Source: Polymyxa betae A26-41 (lineage: Eukaryota > Protista > Endomyxa: Phytomyxea). Taken from it: a stretch of 64,000 nucleotides of DNA. Of the stretch, positions 50,120 through 62,204 are shown in pieces (positions within the stretch are counted from its first letter, which is position 1; every line of letters starts with the position of its first letter). The stretch is from NCBI GenBank assembly GCA_003693705.1, contig RBZT01000789.1, positions 1 through 64,000 of the forward strand, in the 5' to 3' direction. The translations under genes were made by a program, and so were the position numbers. The notes under the pieces are model-generated. The model was not told the DNA's origin. It worked only from the letters and a program-made list of their open reading frames with translations, and did no database searches.

Positions 50120-50894
50120 CTATCGTCGACGTCGTCCGAATTGGATTTGTGCAGGACATGGCGCGGCAGGAGTTTGCAATTCGTCAGCCTTATGCTCATC
50201 GGATGGATGTTCAGTGTCCATCATGTTAGTCTTATCTCGAGGCATCTCCTCTCTCCAGTCGCAATCGAAATAATAATGCCCAGGCCATTTATGATAGTCG
50301 ATCATATGAAGTCGACGACCTTTCCTGCTGTTGAACTTTCGACCACATTTATCAGCTAAACATTCAAACTAAAGCAGCCATACACAACCATCAGATTCTG
50401 TTTCAGACGACAATGCAGAAATCGCTACCATGCGCTGCTTTTCAGAAAGCACAGCAAAATATTCGTCATGACGTTCCTGAAAATGACATCGTAACCAATG
50501 CGCCCATGGAAGAACAATCTTGCATTCGTTGCAAACATGACGATGCTGGGAGGCTATATGTTCGTGCAGGAGTGACATCGAAGAGAGCTCTGTTTGGCAG
50601 AGAATCCGATTACAAACAATTGCAGTCTCATCTTCTTTCGCTTCCTGATCCCCTGCCTTCTGTAAAGCTGAATGTCAATAATGAAGCCCCATATCTAACA
50701 CGTAGAGAAACATTTCGTAAATTCAAAAAATGTTGGCAGAACCACACCTCTTCAACACGATCGCCGAGCCTGTGATCGTCAAACTGTTCGAGATAGCCCG
50801 CCCTGGAAGCATTACCATCAGCGAAGAACGGATCGTCTGCACGTCGTGGCCGTTTAATGCCTTCAGCCAAAACGACTCGCGGTTCAGGCTCCAT
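50120..50894 (-). CDS. ZNF511-like C2H2 zinc finger protein
   Basis: KRPRRADDPFFADGN, HIASQHRHVCNECKIVLPWAHWLRCHFQERHDEYFAVLSEK and FECLADKCGRKF...RRLHMIDYHKWP. Confidence 0.85.
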
Positions 50895-51106
50895 CGTCAA
50901 CAGATACGCAATACCAAAATAAACTCATGAACAGTATCTTTCCAGCATCCACTTCCTTCACAGAATGAATCCCAACATATAGTCGTTGTATTACAGAATT
51001 AGTTAGAAAACCTTCTGATTACATAGCCTAAAACTGAATACAATCGTCAATGTTGTGTTGAATTCAACGAGCATAATAATCCGCAAGTAGCAAACTCTCA
51101 TGAAAT

Positions 51107-51190
51107 GCATTTGTGGCCGAGCGGTCTAAGGCGCCACCTTTAGGCGGTGGTCTTGGAGACAAGGCGCGGGTTCAAATCCCGTCGAATGCA
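51107..51190 (+). tRNA. tRNA-Leu(UAG)
   Basis: Acceptor GCATTTG/CGAATGC-A, D-loop GTGGCCGAGCGGTCTAAGGC, anticodon stem CCACC-TTTAGGC-GGTGG (anticodon TAG), long variable arm CTTG-GAGA-CAAG, GGTTCAAATCC T-loop, and a downstream T6 Pol III terminator. Confidence 0.95.
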
Positions 51191-51220
51191 ATCTTTTTTA
51201 TGCTAATTTTGGACAGCTAA

Positions 51221-53231
51221 TCATTTCTGATCTTTGTTCGGAATGCTATCAAATTCAGGATCGATCGTGATGTTGAACGTTCGTTTGAGCAATTTGGGCC
51301 TCAAATCGCCATATTCGCCTGGACCCGGATTCTGATTTCGAATAGCGACGGTCGGATCTCCAGCAAATCTATCAACATGCGATAGGAAAGACGAAGTTCC
51401 GATAGCCAATCGTCTCCTTGGAGTCTGTCTGGGGCTTCGAGGTGACGGTTCCGGCGTAAATGCCCTCTCTTTCAGCCTGTCTAACAACGTAACCATCGTC
51501 TGCTCACGGCGAGGCTGTGGCTTCGTGCGAGGGGCGAATTGATATCCTTTCGCCTAATAACGAAACTCATTAAGACAGAGCAAGCCGTTTCTTAAAAGCA
51601 ATCAAAGGCCTTGACATGCTTGAAGCAGAATTGCAACATTTCGAAATGACGACAGAAGCAAAAATTCGAATCAGATTTTCCTTTCTTGACGTCGATGTTA
51701 ACTAACCGAAACGGTATATAAAACTGGAGCAGAACCATGAAAACGATTTCAAAATGATTCGAGCAATCTCGAACAATCCGCCCCATATGGGGTGATGGGG
51801 CTGCCCGACCCTAAAATTCAACATGACAAAGCAATGAAACATAACATGATAGTGAGCTCATTCTGCTCTACCTTAAATCGTCGTGGCTGAAATGCGGTCG
51901 TGGCTTTGTCGACTTCGTAGGATCCAGGAGCAGGACCCGCCTCCGGCTGCACAGATCTTGGCGGCTTATGCCCGCTGTCTACCGACCTCCAGGCCGGCTG
52001 CGATCGCGGCTTCCTTCGACGACGGTTTTGCAGGCGCTGGTCCTGGGCCGCCGATAATGGCTGGGGAGGTGTTTGTATCTCGGCTCGAGGCTGCTCGAAT
52101 CGTTCGCGTCGCGACCCGAATGCAGCATTCGACTTCGGACTCGGTTTTCGAATGGACGATGGCAAATCGTAATCCTGTCACAGCTTAGACAATTTGTATC
52201 AAATTTGGCTGGCATACTTGAGGCCCTGGTTGAATGTCTGGCACATGTTCGACGAATCGCTCACTCAGCGAATTAAAAGGAACAGGTGGTGGTCGCAAAC
52301 GAATGTATTGTGGATGCTTGTCCGGGTTATAAGATCCTGGACCAGGGCTTGCATAATCAGGATCGAATGATTCAGCCCATCGGCTACAGAACATTTGCTT
52401 GTCATTTGGTCATCTTTTTTTGATATTTCTCCATTACCTTGTTCGCGATCCGAAGTTCTGAAACTTCGATGCACGTTCATGATTGCCAAACTGGCCTGCG
52501 ATCTCGTACTGTCCAGGCCCAGGCCCGGATGCTGCTTCACTTCCTTCTCTATGCGTCTGGGCAGCAAAACTTGATGACAGCCTGGAAAATTTCCCTTTAT
52601 CGAACATCATTTTCTCAGGATCGACCGGGTTGTATTGTCCAGGTCCTGGTGCTTTATTCCCTATCTTATCCCGCCATCGTTCAGCGCTCCGACCAAATAC
52701 AGTTCCTCGGCTGGCAAGTGTCCCTGTCTCTCCAGGCAGCGCTGGTTTCGCTGGTGGTGGTGGTCGAGGCTGTAATGTTCCATCAGCTGCCATCACATAA
52801 CCGAAGCTGTTCGCCGGTATTGACGGAATGACAGGAGCAGGTGCTGCTTTCTGATGCCATAAAGGGCGTTTCAAATTACGTGGTGATCGTTGTGCGTTCC
52901 AAAATGTATGTTCGATGCCGACAGGCCGATTCGCATTATGTTCATCGACTGCATCTGGAAATCTCGGCGTCGATGATTTGAATGCGTTCCAAGAAGCAGG
53001 TTCAGGCCGTCGTAATTGTAACGACTCAATATAGGATCCGGGTGCCGGCACATCGTTGTGATAATCGTTGATGGGTCGTCCCGACCCGCTTCCAAACGGG
53101 ACGTAATTGATTCGGTCGCAACTGGATTCCAATATTCGTGGGATGTTATACGCTCCTGGTCCGACCCGTGGTAGTGTCGCTGTTTCTTTAACCAAGGCAG
53201 TGTTTCGTGACGATCTTGACAGGAACGCCAT
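51221..53231 (-). CDS. Sperm-tail PG-rich repeat (STPG/ODF3/SHIPPO-like) flagellar protein, multi-exon
   Basis: Repeated [V/P]GPG[AQSE]Y motifs with F.S...RF spacers (VGPGAYNI, PAPGSY, PGPGQYN, PGPGSYN, PGPGEYG). Confidence 0.88.
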
Positions 53232-53545
53232 ATCGCTGGCGCCCAAGATATTCTGGAACAAAAAATTAGGCCACGTGCGCCTTCGAGATCTTTATCCCTG
53301 TGCTGTTTCCGCGAATCGTGATGCAGTTTAAATTTACTGGACTACACCAATTTACTGGACTATACGAGTATGCACATTGTGCTGCGCCAGCGACCATGGG
53401 CCATTCTGATATCGATTGGACAATCACATCGTGGTGCTTTTTGGCATTAACAACTGTCATTTGGTATCCCTTGAGGCATTAATCTGAAGCTTGATTCCCT
53501 AAGTTGACTCAAGCTGTTGGAGGAGAACCCTGCTGCGCGCTTGCG

Positions 53546-56437
53546 ATGTCTTTTGATAACAAAGCAATAATGTCGCACCGTAAACGTCATGCCAAGACGC
53601 CGCAGCAATCCATTGGCTTCCTTCATCTTGTCCTGACTATACTGACAACTTCAATAATCGTTTTTGTGCTTCGACGAAGCGATGTGTCTCTATTTAAGAA
53701 TCCAGGATTCACGTTGGTAAAGCGAGAACAAGCCCCAAGCGTGCACCGGTTCTCAGAAGCTGATCTGACACGGCTGCAAGTAATGCTCAACGAGCAACCT
53801 GATAACGAAGACATCCCGAAAGCAATCCGGGCTTTGAAGGTTAATCTCTTTCAACAATGGCTTCAAGCAAATGATAACGATTCGATTCGGCTCGATTCTC
53901 GCTCAATCGATCACAAGGGCCTGTATGCCAGCAAACGTCTTCGAACCGGTCAAATCGTAGCTCGCATCGCATTGGATCGTATTCTTACGATCGATGCGAT
54001 CATGAAATCTGAGATTGGACAAAGATTGGCGACTTTGAATCCATCTATTCACGTTGCTATGGGAACGTATATAGCGCTTCAACGGTACAATGCTTCTAGC
54101 GAAATCTATTCTTATCTCCGAATCCTGCCAGAAGACATTAGTTTTATGCCTGTTATGGCCGACGAATCCGCTCTTGAAAGCTTAACTGGAACTTCCGCTT
54201 GGAAACTTATCGTCCAGCGAAAGGTCGAGATTGATAATGAATGGATTCGTGTTTCGCCCATCTTTCCGGAACTCACCGCATCTGACTTTCTATGGGGCGT
54301 GTTGGTTTCGACGACGAGAACTGCCGGAATGACTATTAATGGATCGAAGACTGCTGGTTTAATTCCTCTTCTGAACGATTTCAGGTAAGCTTACTGTTTT
54401 CTCGATAAGTTCGGGTTCCTTGCATTTTCGTTCTTTGATAGCCTCTATTTACACGAATTTTTAAGGCATGCTCCGCCACCAATCTCCACTACAACGGCCA
54501 GAATTGTTAATGGATACTACATCGTTTCAACAACGAAAGCAGTTGAGGAGGGTGCTGAATTAACACGAAATTACGGGGCGAGATCTGCTCAAGTTTTTTA
54601 CTGTGATTATGCTGATGTTCCTTCGGCAATCACGACTGCAGATTCGATCCGTGTTGAATTCACACCTCAGAAGTTTGCGGTTCCAGAAATCGAGGACGTT
54701 ATCGGTGCTTGGCCAAGGAGTTTCCTGCTTACGGCAGAGCTTTCTCACCCCGTCGTTGATCAAATCCTTTCCTATCTCCGAATTAGTGTGGCGACGGAGG
54801 CTGAGTGGAAACAAGCTCAATCGCTAACTGAAAACATGTCCCGTATTTCATTCATCAATGATGAGAACGAAAAACGTGCCCATGCTGAGCTCACTTCAAC
54901 CATTGAAAAGTTAATCGATTCATTGGATTGTGCAGCTCCAGAGGAGATTCCCGAGGACGCGTCGCTTTTGTATGAGTTCGCTGTTGAACAGGCACGGGAT
55001 ATGTGCTCTCTGGAAAAACGCTTGGCAAAGATCATTTTGGAAAAACTTCCAGAGTTGAGTTCTCGTCAACCAAGATCGCTGCCAGTTCGGCAAGAGCTAG
55101 TTCCATCCGGGGATCCCTTTATAGACGCAATGCATTGGACTATCAACGGTGGTGCCAAGATTGATGCTGTTCAAATCGTTTCCTATGGAGGGTCTCATCG
55201 TGGACTGGTTGTAAAACATGACATTGCGAGTGGAGTACCGGTTATGACTGTGCCTTTGTCACGCTGTATTACTTCCATTGCAGCTAGACGAACTGCATTA
55301 GCACAGGAAGCCTTGCGGAACAATGTATCACTGACAACCCATGCATTAATGGCAGCAATGCTGATTCAAGAATCCAGAAACCCGAATTCTCACCTCCATT
55401 ATTTTTTGGCGACGTTTCCAGCTTCATTTGACAATCTTCCAATTTATTATACTGAGGAAGAACTCTCTCTCCTGAAGGCGACACGGACGCTTGCATTCTT
55501 CAAACCCTATGCTAATGAAATCGACATCGATTACGAATTAGTTCAGAAAGCTGCTCCTATTGCTTTCGCCTCGGTAACGTTTGAAGAATATCGACGAGCG
55601 CGACATATCGTCGATACCAGAAATTTCGTTTTTCAAGTGACTGGGCAAGAAGAACATGAGCACATCATGGTTCCGTATGTTGATATGATGAATCACGATT
55701 TGGAGCCAAATACTATCTGGAAATTCGATCCCGATACCGCCACGTTTGTGGTATGTGGGCTCGCTTGGTTTGTCTGTAATCTGATATGATTCAAGGTTGC
55801 TGCATATCAAGCGATTTCTGCTGGTCAGGCTCTTATTACCTCATACGGGGAGAAAGGAAATGGCCAATTGTTGATTGGATATGGGTTTGCGCTTCCCAAT
55901 AACCCTTTTGACAAGGCAACGTTGAGGTAATTTTGGCTTAAAACTAATTTCCGTATGTCATCTCTGTTGGTTTACAGGTTGGATTCCAACTCGATGTGTG
56001 TTGTCCAAAAAACGTTCAATACTGTCCATATGGCCGACTGTTTCTTGAAACTCAGGAAAAGATTTTACGATGAAGTTGAGTTGCTTCAGAAAATGAAATC
56101 GGGTGCCATCAACGGTTTAGAAAGATTCGAACAAACCATCGAAGAAGATCAAGAGGTTCTTGCTGCATTGATGACGAAGCAGGACTCTGTAAACCAGGGT
56201 AACGATCGGGTCAAGTTCTGCATTTTAACAAGGCTAGGAGAGAAGATGGTTTTGAAGTTTTGGATAGAAACCGCCGATAAACTGCTTCAGTACTATGCGG
56301 GCCAGGTTCAAAGAGACGAATTGGATCCTATGTTTGAGCAATATTTCAAGGTTCTTGAGCATCCGGAACAATATGGTTCTGAGGTTCGTGGTCAACCTCA
56401 AGGAGAAAACTCAGAAAATTATGTTGATTTTGAGTAA
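53546..56437 (+). CDS. Protein with two tandem SET (Rubisco LSMT/SETD3-like) domains and an N-terminal membrane anchor
   Basis: Transmembrane segment FLHLVLTILTTSIIVFVL. SET1: HKGLYASKRL...GLIPLLNDFRH...LTRNYG. SET2: HRGLVVKHDI...MVPYVDMMNHD...ITSYGEKGNGQLLIGYGF. Exons join in frame across intron 54385-54466. Confidence 0.85.
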
Positions 56438-56467
56438 ATTAAATGAAAACTGTCAGAATCGTTATAT

Positions 56468-57261
56468 TTACACAGTTTCTTGAAACAATTTTCTGGCTGT
56501 TCCTTTTCTTTTAGCTACATTGGGTTCTGAATTTTTACGCGTTCCCTTTAACCGACGCCTAACCTGCCGATTAAGATTAGGCATACAATCCGATCGGAGC
56601 GTTGTGTTTACTTTTGATGTTGGTGGAACAGTAGAGGCAATCTTTGCTATGATGGCAGAATTATGTACAGTGTTTGTAGGACTGGCTATCTGTGCCAGAT
56701 AGGCATCCGTCGAGACGCTTCTGCTCGTCAGATATCCAGGGATCGAGACCTCGCTAACACCTCCCAAGCTCCTTTTCCTGGGGGTCAACGATGCTCTCCT
56801 ATCATTCGATCGCCGAGATGGAATCAAAGGCAGCGGAGTCAATACAGTTTCAAATCGTGAATATGGATTATCAATTCGATAACTGATAGATGTGTGTGTG
56901 TCGGGCGACGGGCTGCCTTTTTTCCAGTTATCATCAGTACCTCCTATTTAGAATTAGATAAGAATGCCTAAAAAATTACCCAACCTAACCGATTCGAAAA
57001 GAGACCAGAATTGGCTCGTTGGTCTTCCTGCGTTCGCGTTTCGGTGAATGTTTTACTGGTGATGATAGTTGAAAGATCGTATCGAAGGAATAACGGTGAC
57101 TTCGCCTTGGAGAGATTTGTGTCCACCAAAGTGGCGACGACGCCAGCATATTGGCCAAAACTTGATCCGTTGAAGATGAAACCCGCTTTGGTGTCATAAC
57201 AGGATGCTTCGCGATGCTTTCGTTGAGCAACATTTCGCTTCAATAGCGGTTCAGGTGGCAT
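56468..57261 (-). CDS. Hypothetical basic, low-complexity protein (multi-exon)
   Basis: Exon-like ORFs 56985-57250 and 56468-56940. No family recognised. Confidence 0.45.
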
Positions 57262-57316
57262 ACATGTAAAGCTTTCACAAAATTACTGTTAGCAATTCCA
57301 GCACATGAAGAATGCT

Positions 57317-58108
57317 TATCCGCTGCGACGATGATAACGATAGCCAAATCGAGCCAGCAAATGGCCAAGCGTTGCAAAATGTCTATAAAAGCACACTGAA
57401 CATTGAGGTGTTGCTATTAATCAAGAGGTGACCGGATGGTGACCAGTGGGCGCAACCGTCATCTAACTTGTACTATGAGGCGTGGAGGGACCTCTCTCAG
57501 AGATGAGACGTGTCACTTAATGCCAGAGCTGGTTTTCATCGCTTTTATTGACTATTAATATGAAAGCGCTTAATGATTAGTCAAAACGATCGGGTCTGAT
57601 TTTCGTTTTCGTCCTTGATATCAGTTTCAGCCTGTGATTTGTGGAAACACATTTTGTAAGAAGATACATAGCCTACATGATGTGACGAACCTCGCTTAAT
57701 TTCCATGCGTATCCGCTGCGACGATGATAGCGATAGCCAAATCAAGCCAGCGAATGGCCAAGCGTTGTAAAATGTCTGTAAAAGCTCACTGTATCATACA
57801 TTGAGGTGTTGCTACTAATCAAGAGGTGACCGGATGGCGACCAGTGGGCGCAACCGTCATCTCTCTGTACAGCACTATGAGGCGAGGAGGTGACCTCGCT
57901 CAGGGAGGAGCGTGCCACTTGATGCCAGAGCTGATTTTCATCGCTTTTATTATCATTGATATGAAAGCGTTTAATGATCAGTCAAACGCTCGGGTCCGAT
58001 TTTCTTCTTCTTCCTTGATATCAGTTTCGGCCTGTGGTTTGTGAGAACATATATTGTTAGAAGATACATAGCCTACCTGATGCGACGAACGCCCTCGCTT
58101 AATTTCCA
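57317..58108. repeat. Tandem ~390 bp diverged duplication (copy A ~57317-57705, copy B ~57710-58108)
   Basis: Both copies begin TATCCGCTGCGACGATGATA.CGATAGCCAAATC and end CTCGCTTAATTTCCA, with scattered substitutions and indels. Confidence 0.9.
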
Positions 58109-60058
58109 GAAATACAACGCCAATAACACAAAGGATCAACAGAATCGTTGTGACAGTGGTTATTATTAGACTCAGGGAAGCTTTGCGAAGCATTGTTGCT
58201 CCTGGAATCGATTTAGCAGCTACATCTATTGGTTATTAACCTCTTACCTAAATAACAATTGACAACAGCGCCTATATACAACAATACAGCAGTAGATCGA
58301 TGCTGCAATCTCCATATTGGCCGAGCTTTGTTTCGGAACATCGTAAGCAATGGTTGCATCAAAGCCAGAAGGACGACAAAGAACCCAATAGCACCATGGG
58401 TCGTGTCGAACAGTTTCCCTGCTTAATGTCCAGTTAGCACCGAGCAATTACATGCTAAGAATCCTACCTCGAGCCCAAACTATCAAGACGAATGACAGAA
58501 AGGTTAAGGCAACAGCTGCGAACATAAGCGCTTTATGCAAGCGAAACCAACGGAATTCGCCATCCTTAAAGTATCTTGCGATTACACCTCCAATTGGCAT
58601 TAAGATTAACCAAGCCAGTAGCATGACGGCACCATGTACAAGGCCGATTGCTCGCAATCGAGATCCCTGCAGTCAGCATCAGCATTTCAGCATTAAATCG
58701 GAGTGGAATGGACAACAACAACAAATTGTCACCTTTGGGGAATTCGAAGCAGAACTCCATGATACTTGAGATATGTCCTCAGCTGTATGTTTAGCAAATG
58801 TTGACGATTGACCGGTGGCTGCTATCACGATGCCCTCTCCATTCGGCTCGATATTGTAGGAGTCGCTTAGCCCAGACTTTTTCCACTGAAGAGGTCTCGT
58901 AAACTGCAATCTTGATTTTCCGTTGCTTGATTCGAACTTGGTATTACTCAGTTCCTAATAGGTAGATTAGTTGACTATAATGCAGAGATTACATGACTTA
59001 CACTCGTTAGCTGCGAATCAGCAGAACCGACGCTATTTTCTGTAAGCAAGTAGGCTTGGACTTTGTTTGATTTTTGGCCAATAATCGCCAAGCTTGGATG
59101 CATCGCAGATCGTTCGGCAAACCCTGACGACAAATTTTAACAGGAATCAATTCATTGACTAAATAGAGACAGTAATAGCGACAAGGCACGTATTGAAAAC
59201 CAAATTACCTATTCCGATCCATGTCTCAGACTTCGCAACGACATCGAAAGTAATTTTGTCGTCGACAATGCTGTAGGACACTTGCAACCCAGTGTTGGGC
59301 AGGTTAAACTGCTTGTAGATGTCGTTTCCTGCAATATTTGCTTGTTCCTGTTAGCAGATTTAGTTTTCCAAAACAAAATGGTTTGACAACTTACCCGAAC
59401 AGCTAACACAGTGCCATTTTTATTGATAACTTCTGAATGATGTCCTGTATGTTTGCCTAAGAATGAATCAGCATAATCATCCGAGGTAAAGAGACTTTAG
59501 ACCGAGCAATCCAGGAGGGGATGCATCTATTCGCCATGCCACGATTAATGCTGTTGGTTGGCTTGGCCTGATAGGAACCTGCCAAGGCTGATCGGTATCT
59601 TCGGATCATATTAGTTGCACTGTTATTGTGAAGGCATTCCCGCACACATACCTAAAGGTCGTCGAATGTTGAAGATGATGTTCGACCCACTCTGAATAAT
59701 ACTCCCGTCACTATAAGGCTCAGCAATTGTTTGAAAGGCTCCTGATTCATCCCCAGAAGGGCCGAGCTGAACCCGATAGATTTGCTTTCCGACGGCAATG
59801 AATGCATCTGATCCCAACATCTTTCCATTGTTAGGGGATACGCCTAAGATTGATCAGGCCGACCATGATATAAAGAATGAAAGAATCACCTAAAGCTACC
59901 CAAGATACAGGCTGCTTCATTGTTAGAGTCGCTTCAAATGAAGTTTGATCGAGTGCCCAAGCTACAATTGGTCCTCCATCATCTACTGTATATTGCCCTG
60001 ATGTCTTATCACTGGCGCTCCCATAACTGATCAGCAGCACGATCAGCAGCAATACCAT
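57978..60058 (-). CDS. DOMON domain(s) plus cytochrome b561-like membrane protein, multi-exon
   Basis: Signal peptide MVLLLIVLLISYGSA, DOMON features VSWVALG...MLGSDAFIA and LQFTRPL, b561 features LVHGAVMLLAWLILMPIG...WFRLHKALM, and a final transmembrane segment. Confidence 0.85.
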
Positions 60059-60412
60059 GCTCAAAAGCTCGGTTTCGCCGAGGATGGGCAATTCTTTGTT
60101 GATGTACTCATTGCTTTTTTTATCGATGACGCCACTGTAAAAAAGTTGACTCAACAGAATTCGCACCGACACAGGTTCTCATGGAGGTGGCTCATCGTAA
60201 ATGATAAAACACGTGCTGAAACAGGCTAATACAATTGGAAAATACAACCAGCTCTGGTTTCTGTATGGGAATCATAGGATGTGTCAACTTTTGCAGTCGT
60301 CTACTCTTGATGCATGCAGGCTTTGACAAGAAGCAATTGCGATCCAGGCATGGCAACCCTGAGCTGCGCCAACAGATTTTGTCACCAAAATGAGATCGTT
60401 TGCTGAATGTCA

Positions 60413-60977
60413 CTCTCCAGCGGCCTCTTCATCAGAGCTCATGTCTGATGTTACAGATTTTTGCAAAAGTTTTTGATTTTATTTTCCATCTATGCTGGCA
60501 CTAACAGAAGAGGGCTCCTCTAAGTTAATCATTGCTGTATTTCCCTTTCATGGGACCTTTCAGCTTGAAAATCAAACGACATCAGAAGTCAGTGAGATCT
60601 ATCAGCACCGTTTTTACCGGATTCATTGCTGCCTATGGCCTGATCTCGACTTTCGCCTACTTAAGGCCGTCGCCACCGGTGTTCCAAACGGTGCCGAATG
60701 CCGCTCTCCAGCGGCCTCTGCATCAGAGCTCATGTCTGATTGTTTGCAAAATTTACATCTATGCTGGCAATCACAGAAGAGGGCTCCTCTAAGTTCAAAC
60801 GGTAACGTTATCATTGCTGTATTTCCCATTCATGGGACCTTTCAGCTTGAAAATCAAACGCCATCAGAAGTCTGTGAGCACCGTTTTTACCGGATTCATT
60901 GCTGCCTATGGCCTGATCTCGACTTTGACCTATCTAACGTCCTCGCCACCGGCGTTCCAATCGGAACCGAATGTCGC
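60413..60977. repeat. Tandem ~280-290 bp duplication covering the promoter and first coding part of the GT34 gene
   Basis: Copies start CTCTCCAGCGGCCTCT.CATCAGAGCTCATGTCTGAT at 60413 and 60704. Both encode MGPFSLKIKRHQKSV..TVFTGFIAAYGLIST. Confidence 0.9.
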
Positions 60978-62168
60978 GATTGCAGCCGTTGCTGCACCAC
61001 TTCGCCTTGCTATTGTTTCGGTCAGCACACCAGATCGAGTACAGCTCTATCAGCCCGCTACCAATTCTAAAACATGCTATGGCTTAAAACATGGGTGAGA
61101 GTCCTTTGAGCCGTTTTTGGTTCTATTGACAATGCCCAGGTATTCTTTCATTATGGATACGAACGATGCCAAATCAAGTCTGAATCCTTGGTGGCGTAAA
61201 GTAACAGCTCTGCAAAAGTATCTTCCGTTCTATGATTGGGTTTTGTTCATGGACGGCGATACGTTAATAACCAATTACACTGTGAAACTGGAATGGTTCC
61301 TCCCTTCAGAAAACGAGAACGTCGATCTGATCGTAACCGACCATAACATCGCGCTGAACAATGGCGTTTTCTTTTTACGCAACTCGGAATGGTCCAAAAA
61401 GTGTGTCGGCAGCAGTTTTGGGCTTGGTTTCCGTTTGTAGCGTGTTCGGGCCGTACAGGCCCAGATTTTATCCAATATTCCAGCTCTGTGCTCATAACCC
61501 ATCCGATGAATAGGTTTCTATCCGATTGGCTGGACGTTGGAAGTCAGGTTCATCGACGTAATCAGCGTTGGGCTTGGGATGACCAAGGTGGGTTCTACGA
61601 ACTGCTTCTACGAGCAGCCTACGAGCGGTGAGTTTCTGCATTTGGAAGGTTCGTTTTCTAATCCTGTTTCAAGGGCAGACGCTCCAGATTATGACGGCGA
61701 ATGCTCTGATCCGAATCACTGCTGTGAATATGGGGCATTGCAACGTTGCTATAACCGAAGGCAATTGATCATCTACAATCATACGTTGACTTAATTTATT
61801 TTTTATGACTAGATTAGAGCAGTCTGGTGCAGTCTATGGAAATCGCAATGTTCCACATGTGAAGTATATCGATCCACGATTTCACGCCGTGCACAGCCTG
61901 GGCGATGCATGGATACGAGGAGGATTCGATCAATACAGAAAGTCGGAATTCAATGGACAGGTAATGTGACGAAGCTGTTTGCAGTGGCTTAACTGTTGTA
62001 TAGACTTGGATCTATGGAGAATGGACAGAGGAGAACTTCTGGGTACCTGGTGATTTTGTTATGCATTCATACGACAAGTCGCAAATGCCGCAATTCGTGC
62101 CAGACGAGTTCGCCGATTCATGTGCAGCTGTACAGAGCATGGAGCTGCCCCCAAAAGTTAAACATTAA
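60832..62168 (+). CDS. Glycosyltransferase family 34 (GMA12/MNN10-like), type II membrane, multi-exon
   Basis: SKTCYGLKHGY, PWWRKVTALQKYLPFYDWVLFMDGDTLITN (DxD), LNNGVFFLRNSEWS, WDDQG and WVPGDFVMH. Confidence 0.9.
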
Positions 62169-62204
62169 AGTACGTATGCAGCCGTCGTTGTGAGTAATTT
62201 AAAT

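Noticed and set aside
60492-61070. 192 aa Cys-rich ORF with an internal repeat
   Set aside because: Alternative frame through the tandem DNA duplication. The GT34 frame is the one that splices into a recognisable family.
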